Shown: positions 19,412 through 29,592, counted from the first letter of the stretch. The stretch is 64,000 nt of DNA from Lachnospiraceae bacterium (GCA_036656615.1 JAVXHY010000010.1:8089-72088); one strand, 5' to 3'. A program made the numbers and translations. The notes: a model not told the origin generated them from the sequence alone.

Positions 19412-19588
19412 TTAGTTAAATTTACGTTTTCTAGCAGCTTCAGATTTCTTTTTACGTTTCACGCTTGGCTTTTCGTAATGTTCTCTCTTACGAATTTCTT
19501 GTTGAATACCAGCTTTTGCGCAGTTTCGTTTGAATCTACGTAAAGCGCTATCTAACGTCTCGTTATCTTTTACAATTACATTTGACAT
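19412..19588 (-). CDS. rpsU: 30S ribosomal protein S21
   Basis: Missed by the track (58 aa). Manual translation: [58 protein letters not shown]. Confidence 0.97.
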   Translation of the reverse strand: MSNVIVKDNETLDSALRRFKRNCAKAGIQQEIRKREHYEKPSVKRKKKSEAARKRKFN

Positions 19589-19670
19589 AGTCTCACACCT
19601 AACCTCCCCTCCAGTCCTATATTGTGCACCATACGACTGTTTGGGTATTTTTCTTGTTGCACTATCTTAG

Positions 19671-19698
19671 ATTATACCATATTTTAGATATTCGTCAA
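19671..19698 (-). promoter_or_regulatory. sigma-A promoter of rpsU
   Basis: TTGACG-N16-TATAAT with an extended -10 (TGG). Confidence 0.75.
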
Positions 19699-19715
19699 CT
19701 GTTTATTGACAATTT

Positions 19716-20549
19716 TTAAAAACTTCTTCCACCACCACCATGAGAGCCGCCATTTGAAGAAGAATAAGAAGAGTTGTCGCCAAATCCATCCGAATGATCT
19801 GACTTTTCAATTCGTCGTTTGGTCACGAATTTTCGTACAAAATTGTCTTCTTTTACACTTAATATTAATTTACTGTTTTCACGGAATGGATAATTATCTC
19901 CAGTAATTTTCATACTATATGTGTGGGTCACGCGGAAGAATATTATTACAAATAAAAGGATGCTAATAGCTGCCGCAGCCAAAATCTCCCACCACAGCAA
20001 AGCTTTATGACGAATCATAGAATCTGTTTTCACATCATAACTGGCAGCATTTGAGGGAACCCCTTTTTCGTAGAAATCTGTAATATCATCTAAAGCGGCC
20101 ATAATCCCCATATTGTAATCATCATCTGACAGATATTCATATGCATCATCTAATATAGTATCAATACGAGTGTCGGTTAAGTACTCTCTCATATATCCAC
20201 GAGTATACACATAAATCTCCCGATCTTCCATATTTAGAAGGATGAGAACACCACTCATTCCTTCCCCTTTTCCAAGCTTATGATTGACATAATATTCATC
20301 TGCATATTCCCGACTGTCCATCCCCTGCATATCATTAGAAGTTACTACAATGGTATCCATTTCTGTATAAGTTATTATTTCTTGAATATAAGCTTCCATT
20401 TCAGTAATTTCTTCAGCTGTCAAAATGTGAGCGTCATCAAAAACTTTTGTATTCAAAGGTTCAGACTGGGCAAAAGTGGTTAAAGAAACCAAGAATAAAG
20501 AAACAGTCAATCCTAGTAACCAGATATGGGCTTTTATTTTATTTACCAT
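19716..20549 (-). CDS. TPM-domain membrane protein with a Gly/Ser-rich tail
   Basis: Signal peptide, VFDDAHILT..., GVLILLNMEDREIYVYTRG..., one TM helix, tail SSYSSSNGGSHGGGGRSF. Start moved to ATG 20549, overlapping the upstream stop. Confidence 0.8.
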   Translation of the reverse strand: MVNKIKAHIWLLGLTVSLFLVSLTTFAQSEPLNTKVFDDAHILTAEEITEMEAYIQEIITYTEMDTIVVTSNDMQGMDSREYADEYYVNHKLGKGEGMSGVLILLNMEDREIYVYTRGYMREYLTDTRIDTILDDAYEYLSDDDYNMGIMAALDDITDFYEKGVPSNAASYDVKTDSMIRHKALLWWEILAAAAISILLFVIIFFRVTHTYSMKITGDNYPFRENSKLILSVKEDNFVRKFVTKRRIEKSDHSDGFGDNSSYSSSNGGSHGGGGRSF

Positions 20550-21598
20550 ATAAACCACCCCCCTATTAAAAGTAAAGTAAATAGGATGAATGCAATAATT
20601 CCACAATACATGCATAATTTTTTATAATCCACCGGCAACTCACCACAAATTTTCTTGGTCTGTCCATTCATAGCATAATAATAGAATTTACCTGACTTTT
20701 GGTAGGTTAAAACCCAAACAGGAAGTAATACATATTCCCAAGAAGAATGTTCGGCAGTCAATTCCAAGTGTTCCATTTGTACAGTGGAATAACCACTGAT
20801 ACTTTCGCGAAGAATAATATCAGCATATTTGTTCATCTCATCATCCATTGCCTGCTGAAGGTCCGCCTGTTCCATATCTCTTTTTTCTGCTTGAAATCCA
20901 GTTAAATAACCCATGGTAAATGGTTGCATTTTGAGGGTTTGAAAAGGCATTACTCCTTCCACTAACTTTTTATTGGCTTTTTGCAGCGCATTTTTACTTA
21001 AATCTTCAAAATGTATTGCACCTTTACGAACAACATCGAATTGATTTGTCTCCGTATATTCAATATCTCCAGTTTCCCATACTCTAATTTTATTTGCTTT
21101 TGCCTGGGCATCAACTTTTACATCACAATCCATCACCCAGTAAGGAAAATAAATACCGGTAATTTTATCAATTTGATCCTTAGAAAAAAATTGCTTTGGA
21201 ACAAATTTCTTGGATTTAATCCAGTCAAAGAAAAGTTGAATAGCTTCTTGTTTATCTATCATAAATGGTACAATTTTATTTGGTAAAAAGTTGCCATCTA
21301 ATTTACCAGATAAGATAACTGGATTGTGGCAATAATAACAAAAGGTTGCTGCTGTAGTCTCATCGGTTATAATTTCGGCTCCACAGCTTGGACAATTATA
21401 AATCATTGCTTCTTGTGAGGCGTCTGGTTGAGAATCTTCTTGCTTTGGTTGTGAATCCCCATGTTCTTCCTGACTAATCTTTTGCAACTCACTTTCTGTA
21501 AAGTGGCTCATACAATAGGGACATTCATATTGTTGTGTGTTGGGGTTGAATAAAATTTCACCAGCACAATTCGGACATTTGTATGTTAACACAGCCAT
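20543..21598 (-). CDS. TFIIB-type zinc-ribbon membrane protein of unknown function
   Basis: CPNC..CPYC and CPSC..CYYC Zn knuckles, YFPYW, YVLLPVW, MNGQTKKICGELP, C-terminal TM helix. Confidence 0.75.
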   Translation of the reverse strand: MAVLTYKCPNCAGEILFNPNTQQYECPYCMSHFTESELQKISQEEHGDSQPKQEDSQPDASQEAMIYNCPSCGAEIITDETTAATFCYYCHNPVILSGKLDGNFLPNKIVPFMIDKQEAIQLFFDWIKSKKFVPKQFFSKDQIDKITGIYFPYWVMDCDVKVDAQAKANKIRVWETGDIEYTETNQFDVVRKGAIHFEDLSKNALQKANKKLVEGVMPFQTLKMQPFTMGYLTGFQAEKRDMEQADLQQAMDDEMNKYADIILRESISGYSTVQMEHLELTAEHSSWEYVLLPVWVLTYQKSGKFYYYAMNGQTKKICGELPVDYKKLCMYCGIIAFILFTLLLIGGWFIW

Positions 21599-21648
21599 CT
21601 TTTGTACCTCCTTTTCATATGAAGTAATGTAAAGTTAAGTATGATATA

Positions 21649-24288
21649 TTAGTTTATTTGCGTTGCTAATATTTCTTTCGCTTTTTCTAATGCTGCTTCA
21701 ATTCCCTGTGGATTTTTACCACCGGCCTGGGCCATATGTGGACGTCCGCCGCCACCACCGCCTACACATCCTGCAATGGACTTAATTAAATTGCCTGCAT
21801 GAGCACCCTTGCTCATTGCACCGTCGGTTGCCGTAGCCATAAGATTCACTTTATCATCTACAACAGAGGCAATAACAATGACACCTTCTGACAATTTTTC
21901 CTTTAATTGGTCACCTAAATCCATAAGATTGTGCATTTGAACACCCTCTACTTTAATCGCAAGTAATTTTACACCATGAATCTCAACTACCTGATCCATA
22001 ACATCTCCCATTGCATCTTTTGCCAGCTGGCTCTTTAAGCTCTCATTTTCACTATGAGCAGCTTTTAATTCCAGAAGAAGTCCTTCTATTTTATCTGATA
22101 ATTGTTCTGGTGCAGCTTTTACTAATGCGGCAGCCTGATTGATCTTATTTTCTAATTTCTGATAATAATTCATAAGACCTTTAGAAGTAAATGCTTCAAT
22201 TCTACGTACTCCAGCTGCAACTCCAGTTTCTGAATGAATTTTAAATGCCATAAGAGAACCAGTATTGGATACATGAGTTCCCCCACAGAATTCTTTGGAA
22301 AAATCACCCATACTGACTACTCGTACAATATCACCATATTTTTCGCCAAAGAGGGCTGCTGCTCCGGTTTTTCGTGCTTCTTCAATTGGCATATTAACAG
22401 CCTGAACAGGAAGTGCTTCCCAAATTTCTTTATTTACAATTGCTTCCACTTGTTTTAATTCTTCGGATGTCATAGCTGAAAAATGAGTAAAATCAAACCG
22501 TAACCGTTCCGAATTCACACTGGAACCAGCCTGTTCTACATGATTTCCAAGGACTATTTTCAATGCTTTTTGTAATAAATGTGTGGCACTATGGTTTCTC
22601 GCGGATAGGAATCTTTTTTCTTCGTTGACCTCTAAAGATACAACATCATCCACCTTAATCATACCTTTTGTTACGTTCCCAAGATGTCCTATTTTTCCAC
22701 CTAAAAGTTTCACTACATCTAAGACTTGAAATTCACCCTCTGTGGTACGAATTACACCATGATCTGCCTCTTGTCCCCCACTGGCTGCATAAAATGGAGT
22801 TTCGTTTACAAATAAGGTTCCTGTTTCCCCATCAGATAGTGCATCTACTACTTCTGTTTCAGAAGTGAGTGCCGTAATAACAGATTCGTGAATCAATGTA
22901 TCATAGCCTACAAAAACAGAAGTTAATTTTGGATCAAGAGATTCATAAACAGTGGAATCAGCTCCCATATAGTTGGTTATTTTTCTGTGATCTCTTGCGG
23001 TAGTTCTTTGAATTTCCATAGCCTTTTTAAAACCAGCTTCATCAATACTTAGACCCTTTTCTTCAAAGATTTCCTTTGTTAGATCAATTGGGAAACCATA
23101 GGTATCATATAATTTAAAGGCAGCCTCTCCAGAAAGTATAGTTTCACCTTTTTCTTTCATTTCTTGTTCCATATCTGTCAAAATTAAAAGTCCCTGGTCA
23201 ATAGTCTGGTTGAATTTATCTTCTTCTTTGCTGACTACATTAAAAATGAAATCTTTCTTTTCTTCTAATTCAGGATAGCCATCTTTGGAACCTTGTATTA
23301 CGGTATCACAAAGCTCAGTTAAGAATTTCCCCTTTATTCCAAGCAATCTTCCATGTCGGCAGGCTCTTCGTAAAAGTCTGCGAAGTACATAGCCTCTTCC
23401 TTCGTTAGAAGGCATGATTCCATCTGAAATCATAAAACTTACGGAACGAATATGATCAGTAATCACACGAATAGAAATATCTGTTGAAACATCCTTTCCA
23501 TAAGCAGCATGTGCCAAACGTTCCACATGTTCACGAAGTGCTTTGATGGTATCAATATCGAAAATAGAATCCACACTTTGTACAACAACTGCCAAACGTT
23601 CTAATCCCATTCCTGTATCAATATTCTTCTGCTCTAATTCGGTATAATTACCATTTCCATCATTATCAAACTGAGTAAATACATTATTCCAAATCTCCAT
23701 ATAACGATCACATTCGCAGCCTACGGTACAATCTGGGCTTCCGCAGCCATACTGCTCGCCACGATCATAATATACCTCAGAACAAGGTCCACAAGGTCCA
23801 CAACCATGCTCCCAGAAATTATCTTCTTTTCCCATTTTAAAAATACGTTCTGGTGCAATTCCAATTTGGTGTTCCCAAATGTCAAATGCTTCATCATCTT
23901 CTAAATATACGGACGGATAAAGTTTATCCGGGTCTAATCCAACCACTTTCGTTAAGAATTCCCAAGTCCAAGAGATAGATTCTTTCTTAAAATAATCTCC
24001 AAAAGAAAAATTTCCAAGCATTTCAAAAAAGGTACCGTGTCTTGCTGTTTTTCCAACATTTTCAATATCACCAGTACGAATACACTTTTGACAGGTAGTT
24101 GCCCGTTTGTTTGGTGGAATTTCCTGACCGGTAAAATATGGCTTAAGTGGTGCCATCCCTGAATTAATCAATAAAAGACTGTTATCATTATGTGGAACTA
24201 AGGAATGACTTTTCATAATAAGATGATCTTTACTTTCAAAATATTCCAAAAACATCTTCCTTAGTTCATTGACTCTGTATTTTTCCAT
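21649..24288 (-). CDS. alaS: Alanine--tRNA ligase
   Basis: NSGMAPLKPYF, RHGTFFEMLGNFSFGDYFK, IDTGMGLER, NHSATHLL, EFCGGTH, GGGGGGRP. Confidence 0.98.
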   Translation of the reverse strand: MEKYRVNELRKMFLEYFESKDHLIMKSHSLVPHNDNSLLLINSGMAPLKPYFTGQEIPPNKRATTCQKCIRTGDIENVGKTARHGTFFEMLGNFSFGDYFKKESISWTWEFLTKVVGLDPDKLYPSVYLEDDEAFDIWEHQIGIAPERIFKMGKEDNFWEHGCGPCGPCSEVYYDRGEQYGCGSPDCTVGCECDRYMEIWNNVFTQFDNDGNGNYTELEQKNIDTGMGLERLAVVVQSVDSIFDIDTIKALREHVERLAHAAYGKDVSTDISIRVITDHIRSVSFMISDGIMPSNEGRGYVLRRLLRRACRHGRLLGIKGKFLTELCDTVIQGSKDGYPELEEKKDFIFNVVSKEEDKFNQTIDQGLLILTDMEQEMKEKGETILSGEAAFKLYDTYGFPIDLTKEIFEEKGLSIDEAGFKKAMEIQRTTARDHRKITNYMGADSTVYESLDPKLTSVFVGYDTLIHESVITALTSETEVVDALSDGETGTLFVNETPFYAASGGQEADHGVIRTTEGEFQVLDVVKLLGGKIGHLGNVTKGMIKVDDVVSLEVNEEKRFLSARNHSATHLLQKALKIVLGNHVEQAGSSVNSERLRFDFTHFSAMTSEELKQVEAIVNKEIWEALPVQAVNMPIEEARKTGAAALFGEKYGDIVRVVSMGDFSKEFCGGTHVSNTGSLMAFKIHSETGVAAGVRRIEAFTSKGLMNYYQKLENKINQAAALVKAAPEQLSDKIEGLLLELKAAHSENESLKSQLAKDAMGDVMDQVVEIHGVKLLAIKVEGVQMHNLMDLGDQLKEKLSEGVIVIASVVDDKVNLMATATDGAMSKGAHAGNLIKSIAGCVGGGGGGRPHMAQAGGKNPQGIEAALEKAKEILATQIN

Positions 24289-24324
24289 TTCTTCCTCCTA
24301 AAATTTCATGTTATATTCTTTGTC

Positions 24325-25761
24325 TTACATTCGATCATACATTGCTTCATATTGCTTAGCAGAATTTTTCCAGGAAAAGTCCTTTTCCATTCCGCGTTCT
24401 ACTATTTTATTCCAATCCCTTTTTTTATCATAATAAATTCGTTGTGCATATCGAATGGCTCCTAACATTTCATGAGCATTGTAATTAGCAAAACTAAATC
24501 CGGTTCCTGTTTTTTCAAATTCATTATAAGGTTCTACTGTATCCTTAAGTCCACCAGTTTCACGTACAATTGGTACAGTGCCATAACGTAAACTCATTAA
24601 CTGGCTTAATCCACATGGCTCAAATAAAGAAGGCATCAAAAATGCATCACAGGACGCATAAATATTATGAGACATTTTTTCTGAATAATAAATATTTGCA
24701 GATACCTTCATATTGTATTTCCACGCAAAGTGGCGGAACATATTTTCGTATTTTTCTTCCCCCGTACCCAAAACAACAAGTTGAATCTCATCCTGGCATA
24801 ATTCATCCATGACATAGGCAATTAAATCCAATCCTTTTTGATCAGTCAGTCTAGATACGATACCAATCATAAATTTCTTTGGGTCTTTTTCCAAGCCTAA
24901 TTCTTCCTGAAGTGCTATCTTATTTTTAACTTTCATTTTTCTGAAATTGGTAATCGAATATGTCTTAGAAATAAAGTTATCTGTTTCAGGGTTATATTCT
25001 TGATAATCAATTCCATTTAAAATACCGTTTAAACTTCCTGCTTTTGCACATAGCAATCCTTCTAATCCTTCACCAAAAAAGGAGGTTTTAATTTCCTGAG
25101 CATATGTTCTGCTGACGGTAGTAATAGCATCGGCATATACCAGTCCACCTTTCAGGTAATTGGCATCTTTATATGCCTCCAATTTATCAGGTGTAAAATA
25201 GTAGGAAGGTAATCCTGTAATATCCTGTACAGTTTTTGTATCCCATACTCCTTGGAACTTTAAATTATGTATGGTCATAATTGTTTTTATTGTTCGATAA
25301 AATTCGCCGCCATAGCGGAAATTATCAAGATAAACAGGAATTAATCCTGTCTGCCAATCGTGACAATGTATAATGTCCGGTTTAAAATCAATAATGGGAA
25401 GCATACTTAAAACTGCTCTAGAAAAAAAAGCAAACTTCTCAATATCTTCGTATATATTACCATAGGGTTGATATCCTGAAAAATAAAATTCATTATCTAC
25501 AAAATAAAATAAAATTCCATTATATTCTAATTCCAAAATACCCACGTATTGGCTTCTCCATGATAGCTCCATATAAAAATGTGTTTTATATTCTAACTGG
25601 TCAATCCATTCCCCTTTCATACATAAATACTTGGGAAGTACGACACGAATGTCATATTTATCTTTATCACAATATTTAGGTAAAGTTCCGACAACATCAG
25701 CCAAACCCCCAGTTTTAATAAATGGTATTGATTCCGAAGCTACAAATAATATTTTTTTCAT
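24325..25761 (-). CDS. glgA: Glycogen synthase
   Basis: KTGGLADV, HCHDWQT, TIHNLKFQG, SRLTDQKG, PSLFEPCGLSQL, RETGGLKDTV. Start moved to ATG 25761 after GGAGG. Confidence 0.96.
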   Translation of the reverse strand: MKKILFVASESIPFIKTGGLADVVGTLPKYCDKDKYDIRVVLPKYLCMKGEWIDQLEYKTHFYMELSWRSQYVGILELEYNGILFYFVDNEFYFSGYQPYGNIYEDIEKFAFFSRAVLSMLPIIDFKPDIIHCHDWQTGLIPVYLDNFRYGGEFYRTIKTIMTIHNLKFQGVWDTKTVQDITGLPSYYFTPDKLEAYKDANYLKGGLVYADAITTVSRTYAQEIKTSFFGEGLEGLLCAKAGSLNGILNGIDYQEYNPETDNFISKTYSITNFRKMKVKNKIALQEELGLEKDPKKFMIGIVSRLTDQKGLDLIAYVMDELCQDEIQLVVLGTGEEKYENMFRHFAWKYNMKVSANIYYSEKMSHNIYASCDAFLMPSLFEPCGLSQLMSLRYGTVPIVRETGGLKDTVEPYNEFEKTGTGFSFANYNAHEMLGAIRYAQRIYYDKKRDWNKIVERGMEKDFSWKNSAKQYEAMYDRM

Positions 25762-25810
25762 AAGTCTCCCTCCATCCTCTGAATACTCTCTTAACATATT
25801 ATATCGTATT

Positions 25811-25817
25811 TTCGTCA
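25811..25817 (-). promoter_or_regulatory. Candidate Spo0A box upstream of glgA
   Basis: TGACGAA matches TGNCGAA; it lies 7 bp upstream of a TATAAT (25798-25803). Confidence 0.45.
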
Positions 25818-25829
25818 TCTTGGAAAGTT

Positions 25830-26618
25830 TTATCTATATTTATGTTCTAATCGTATGGTGTCAGCAATCAAAGCAATGAATTCAGAGTTCGTTGGTTTAC
25901 CTTTTCCATTACTTACGGTATAGCCAAATAATTCATCTATCGTATCTAATTTACCTCTGCTCCATGCCACTTCAATAGCATGTCTAATGGCTCTTTCGAC
26001 TCTGCTGGAGGTTGTTTGATGCTTTTTCGCTACGGTTGGATATAGAACTTTTGTAATTGCATTTAGAACATCCATATCTTCGACCGCCATGGTAATGGCA
26101 TCTCTCAAATAATGATAGCCTTTGATATGAGCAGGAATACCTATATCATGAATCATATCAGTAATATAATTTTCTAAATCTCTTTCTCCATATTGCTTTT
26201 TTAGTGGCTCTATTGTATTTTTTGATTCGGCGCTTATCATTGATTTACTGGCAAGTTTGATTCTGCTAAGTAGTGTTGCATTATCAAAAGGCTTCATAAT
26301 ATAGTAATTTGCGCCAAGTTTAAAGGCATCTTCTGTAATGTTTTCCTGTCCTATAGCTGTAACGACAATAAAATCTGGATGTTTTTGCATATCTTTGTCA
26401 TTATTTACCTTATCCATAACGCTTAATCCATCCATTTTTGGCATAATCAAATCCAATAGTACAACATCTGGCTGTTTGTTTTTGATTATTTGATACATAT
26501 CTTCTCCGTTGTTTGCCTTCCCAACTAGAGTCAGGTCTTTGTCGTTTGTAATGATCTCATCTAAGATATCTAAAATTCTTTCATTATCATCAGCTATAGC
26601 AACATTTAACAAATCCAT
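25830..26618 (-). CDS. spo0A: Sporulation master regulator Spo0A
   Basis: Receiver domain ([13 protein letters not shown]) plus [16 protein letters not shown] and [18 protein letters not shown]...KPTNSEFIA. Confidence 0.97.
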   Translation of the reverse strand: MDLLNVAIADDNERILDILDEIITNDKDLTLVGKANNGEDMYQIIKNKQPDVVLLDLIMPKMDGLSVMDKVNNDKDMQKHPDFIVVTAIGQENITEDAFKLGANYYIMKPFDNATLLSRIKLASKSMISAESKNTIEPLKKQYGERDLENYITDMIHDIGIPAHIKGYHYLRDAITMAVEDMDVLNAITKVLYPTVAKKHQTTSSRVERAIRHAIEVAWSRGKLDTIDELFGYTVSNGKGKPTNSEFIALIADTIRLEHKYR

Positions 26619-26716
26619 GATTTAAACCTCCATATAAATCCATAGATTGAAACGACACCACTTGGTTATTATAATATGCAAGTATTTACATAAGCAAGCA
26701 CAACAATATTGCTAGT

Positions 26717-26761
26717 TTCGACAACCTTTGTGTTTTATTTATAATTTTGAGTTATTCGACA
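26717..26761 (-). promoter_or_regulatory. Two perfect Spo0A boxes upstream of spo0A
   Basis: TGTCGAA at 26717-26723 and 26755-26761 (the second overlaps the last codons of spoIVB). A TTGCTT-N18-TATAAT lies downstream. Confidence 0.65.
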
Positions 26762-27810
26762 TGATTCAACATATTTTCTATGAAAATACCATATCCTTTT
26801 TTGTTGTCTTGTACAAAAACATGGGTTACTGCGCCGATAAGCTTTCCATTCTGCAAAATGGGACTTCCACTCATGCCCTGTATGATTCCACCTGTAATAT
26901 CCAGTAATTCTTCATCTACAATTTCTAGTATAATTCCTTTGTTTATCTCTTTTTCCTGTAAGTTTATTTTTGTAATTAAGATGTCAAAATCTTTTAATTC
27001 ACCATGAATAAAGCAACGAATTGTAGCTTTACCTTCTACTATTTCTTCCTTACTTCCGACGGATAAAGGGGTATTTATTGAAAAAAGTTTGTCAATCTTT
27101 TCGACTTTTCCATATATACCGGAATCTGTATTTTGGGTAATTGTTCCTAATACATTATAGTTATTATATACAATAATTCCTTCCATTCCACCAGGGGTTC
27201 CTGTTTTCCCTTTTCGAATAGAACTAATATTGGTTTCATATAATTTTCCTTCTGAGATTTCTACTAATTCATTGGTATCTACATCATTTATTCCATGTCC
27301 TAAGGCACCAAATCTAGATTGACTGTCCAAAAAGGTAATGGTCCCAAGTCCCTGAACATTATCACGTACCCAAATCCCAAGCTGATAATTTTTTTGTTCA
27401 GATTCTATGGCATCAAAAGCGATTTCAATAGGTGTTCCTTTTCTTCGTATCTTTAATATAAGATGTTTCTCTGTTAATGCTTCGACAGCATTTACAAGTT
27501 CTTTCTTTTCTGTTATTACAATATTATTTATACCCGTAATATAATCACCGGATTTGACTAAATGACAGGCCGGTTCATAAGTTAAGCCATCCAATCCTTT
27601 CACTTTATCTGTTCCAAGAACCAAGACACCATCTGTCTCCATGTATATACCAACAGGCATTCCACCAGGTATAAGCAAGTCTTCATTTACGTTATGAATA
27701 CTAACTTCTTTTTCTTCATTAGCGCTACCAGTATTCGTGTTTAATAATCCCATAATAATGGTAACTGTTATTAGACAATATATAATATAACGTTTTTTCA
27801 TTTTCTCCAT
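26752..27810 (-). CDS. spoIVB: SpoIVB peptidase (S55)
   Basis: LIPGGMPVGI, PDZ segment, GIWVRD, FGALGHGI, GGIIQGMSGSPILQNGKLIGAVTHVFV. Confidence 0.95.
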   Translation of the reverse strand: MEKMKKRYIIYCLITVTIIMGLLNTNTGSANEEKEVSIHNVNEDLLIPGGMPVGIYMETDGVLVLGTDKVKGLDGLTYEPACHLVKSGDYITGINNIVITEKKELVNAVEALTEKHLILKIRRKGTPIEIAFDAIESEQKNYQLGIWVRDNVQGLGTITFLDSQSRFGALGHGINDVDTNELVEISEGKLYETNISSIRKGKTGTPGGMEGIIVYNNYNVLGTITQNTDSGIYGKVEKIDKLFSINTPLSVGSKEEIVEGKATIRCFIHGELKDFDILITKINLQEKEINKGIILEIVDEELLDITGGIIQGMSGSPILQNGKLIGAVTHVFVQDNKKGYGIFIENMLNHVE

Positions 27811-27850
27811 CCTTCCTGCTGCGTTTATGATTAAGTTCGGATTTTTACAT

Positions 27851-27882
27851 AAAAAAAGAATATCAATTTGATATCCTTTTTT
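27851..27882 (-). terminator. Probable terminator after recN
   Basis: Minus strand AAAAGGATATC-AAATT-GATATTCTTTTTTT. Confidence 0.55.
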
Positions 27883-27915
27883 AGTATATGAGATTTTGAA
27901 AATTAAACACTTGTT

Positions 27916-29592
27916 TTATTTTGCACTCTTTGCCAATTCTTTCATTTCCACTGCACTTTGTATCATGGCATCAGTAATCTTTGAACCACCTAAAATACGA
28001 CTTAATTCCTGAATGGATTCCGTCTCGTTTAGAAAATGAATTTCTGTTTTGGTTATATTTCCTTTTACTTCTTTTTTTATGATATAATGAGCATCAGCCA
28101 TGGCTGCAATTTGTGCTAAGTGGGTAATGCATATGACCTGATGATTTCGACCGATTACTGCCATCTTCTCTGCCACCTTACTTGCAGTGCGGCCACTGAT
28201 ACCAGTGTCTATCTCATCAAATATCAAGGTTTCGATGTCATCATTATCCGCTAAAACTGTTTTAATGACCAACATAATCCTAGACAATTCACCGCCAGAA
28301 GCTACATTTCCAAGAGGTTTAATGGGTTCTCCTGGATTAGTGGAAATCATAAATTCAACCTCATCTCTTCCGTTAGAAGTACATTCATCTAAGTTTTTAA
28401 AAGAAAGATCGAAAGCGACATCTATGAAATTTAAATCTAAAAGACCTTGTTTGATTTTTTTACCAAAAGAAATAGCATACTTTTTCCGCGCTTTTGTTAA
28501 TGTCTCTGAAATTTTATCCAAAGTAATTTTACTTGCAGCATATTCTTTTTTTAGATCATCTATATATAAATCATAATTTTGCAATTGTAATAGTTTTTCT
28601 TCTTTTTTTTCACAATATGCAAGAATATCAGAAATTTCTGTTCCATATTTACTCTTTAAATGATTGATTATATTTAAACGAGTCTCAATTTCTACAAAGT
28701 CTGCTTCGGAAAATTCTAACTGTGTTCCATAATCTGCTAATTCCCGATTGAAATCGTTTAATAGTCCATCAATTTGTACTAATTGTTCATAGAGAGCTTC
28801 GGCTTCTTGATCATAAGCTGACACATCCTGTAAAGCTCGTATTCCACGGCTGATATTGTCGCTGGCATTCACTTCATCTGATTCTGCAGTAAAGTTATAT
28901 GCTTCTTTTACACCTTCTATAATTTTCTTTGCATGAGTCATACGCTTGAATTGTTGTTCAAGCTCCGTATCTTCATCTATTAATAAATTGGCACTTTTTA
29001 TTTCTTCTATTTCATGTTCCAAAAAAAGGAGTTCTTTTTTCCTGGTTTCTTCATCTAACTGATTTGTTTCCAATGAATGACGGTATTTAGAAAAGGTGGC
29101 ATATGCCTTTGAAACTTCTAGTTTTAAGGGTTCTATTTTTTCTTTGCCAAAATCGTCTAAAATAGAAAGATGGTTTTTTTTGTATAATAGGGATTGATGT
29201 TCATGCTGACCATGTATGTCAATTAAAATACTAGAAACCTCTTTTAGGGTTTTCATATTTACTGTTTCACCATTGATTTTACTGACACTACGTCCATCCA
29301 TTAGCTTACGGCTTAAGATGATTTGACCTTCTTCTGGAAAGATGTCAAGAGCTTTTAAGCATTGAATTTGTTTTACATTTTCTAATTGAAAGCACAATTC
29401 AACCAATCCAAATTCAGCTCCTTGTCGAAGCATATCAGCAGAATATCTACCTCCTAATGCCAAATTTACAGATCCTAAAATAATGGACTTTCCTGCTCCA
29501 GTTTCTCCAGTCAAAATATTTAGGCCCGACTTAAATTCCACGTCAATTTCATCAATTAATGCTAAGTTTTTTACATGCAGATTTCGTAACAT
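27916..29592 (-). CDS. recN: DNA repair protein RecN
   Basis: LTGETGAGKS, IDIHGQHEHQ, ASGGELSR, LIFDEID, ITHLAQIA. Confidence 0.96.
   Translation of the reverse strand: MLRNLHVKNLALIDEIDVEFKSGLNILTGETGAGKSIILGSVNLALGGRYSADMLRQGAEFGLVELCFQLENVKQIQCLKALDIFPEEGQIILSRKLMDGRSVSKINGETVNMKTLKEVSSILIDIHGQHEHQSLLYKKNHLSILDDFGKEKIEPLKLEVSKAYATFSKYRHSLETNQLDEETRKKELLFLEHEIEEIKSANLLIDEDTELEQQFKRMTHAKKIIEGVKEAYNFTAESDEVNASDNISRGIRALQDVSAYDQEAEALYEQLVQIDGLLNDFNRELADYGTQLEFSEADFVEIETRLNIINHLKSKYGTEISDILAYCEKKEEKLLQLQNYDLYIDDLKKEYAASKITLDKISETLTKARKKYAISFGKKIKQGLLDLNFIDVAFDLSFKNLDECTSNGRDEVEFMISTNPGEPIKPLGNVASGGELSRIMLVIKTVLADNDDIETLIFDEIDTGISGRTASKVAEKMAVIGRNHQVICITHLAQIAAMADAHYIIKKEVKGNITKTEIHFLNETESIQELSRILGGSKITDAMIQSAVEMKELAKSAK

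Noticed and set aside
19691-19697. TGACGAA (Spo0A-box match) at the rpsU promoter
   Set aside because: It arises from the TTGACG -35 hexamer plus two A's; a single 7-mer is expected by chance.
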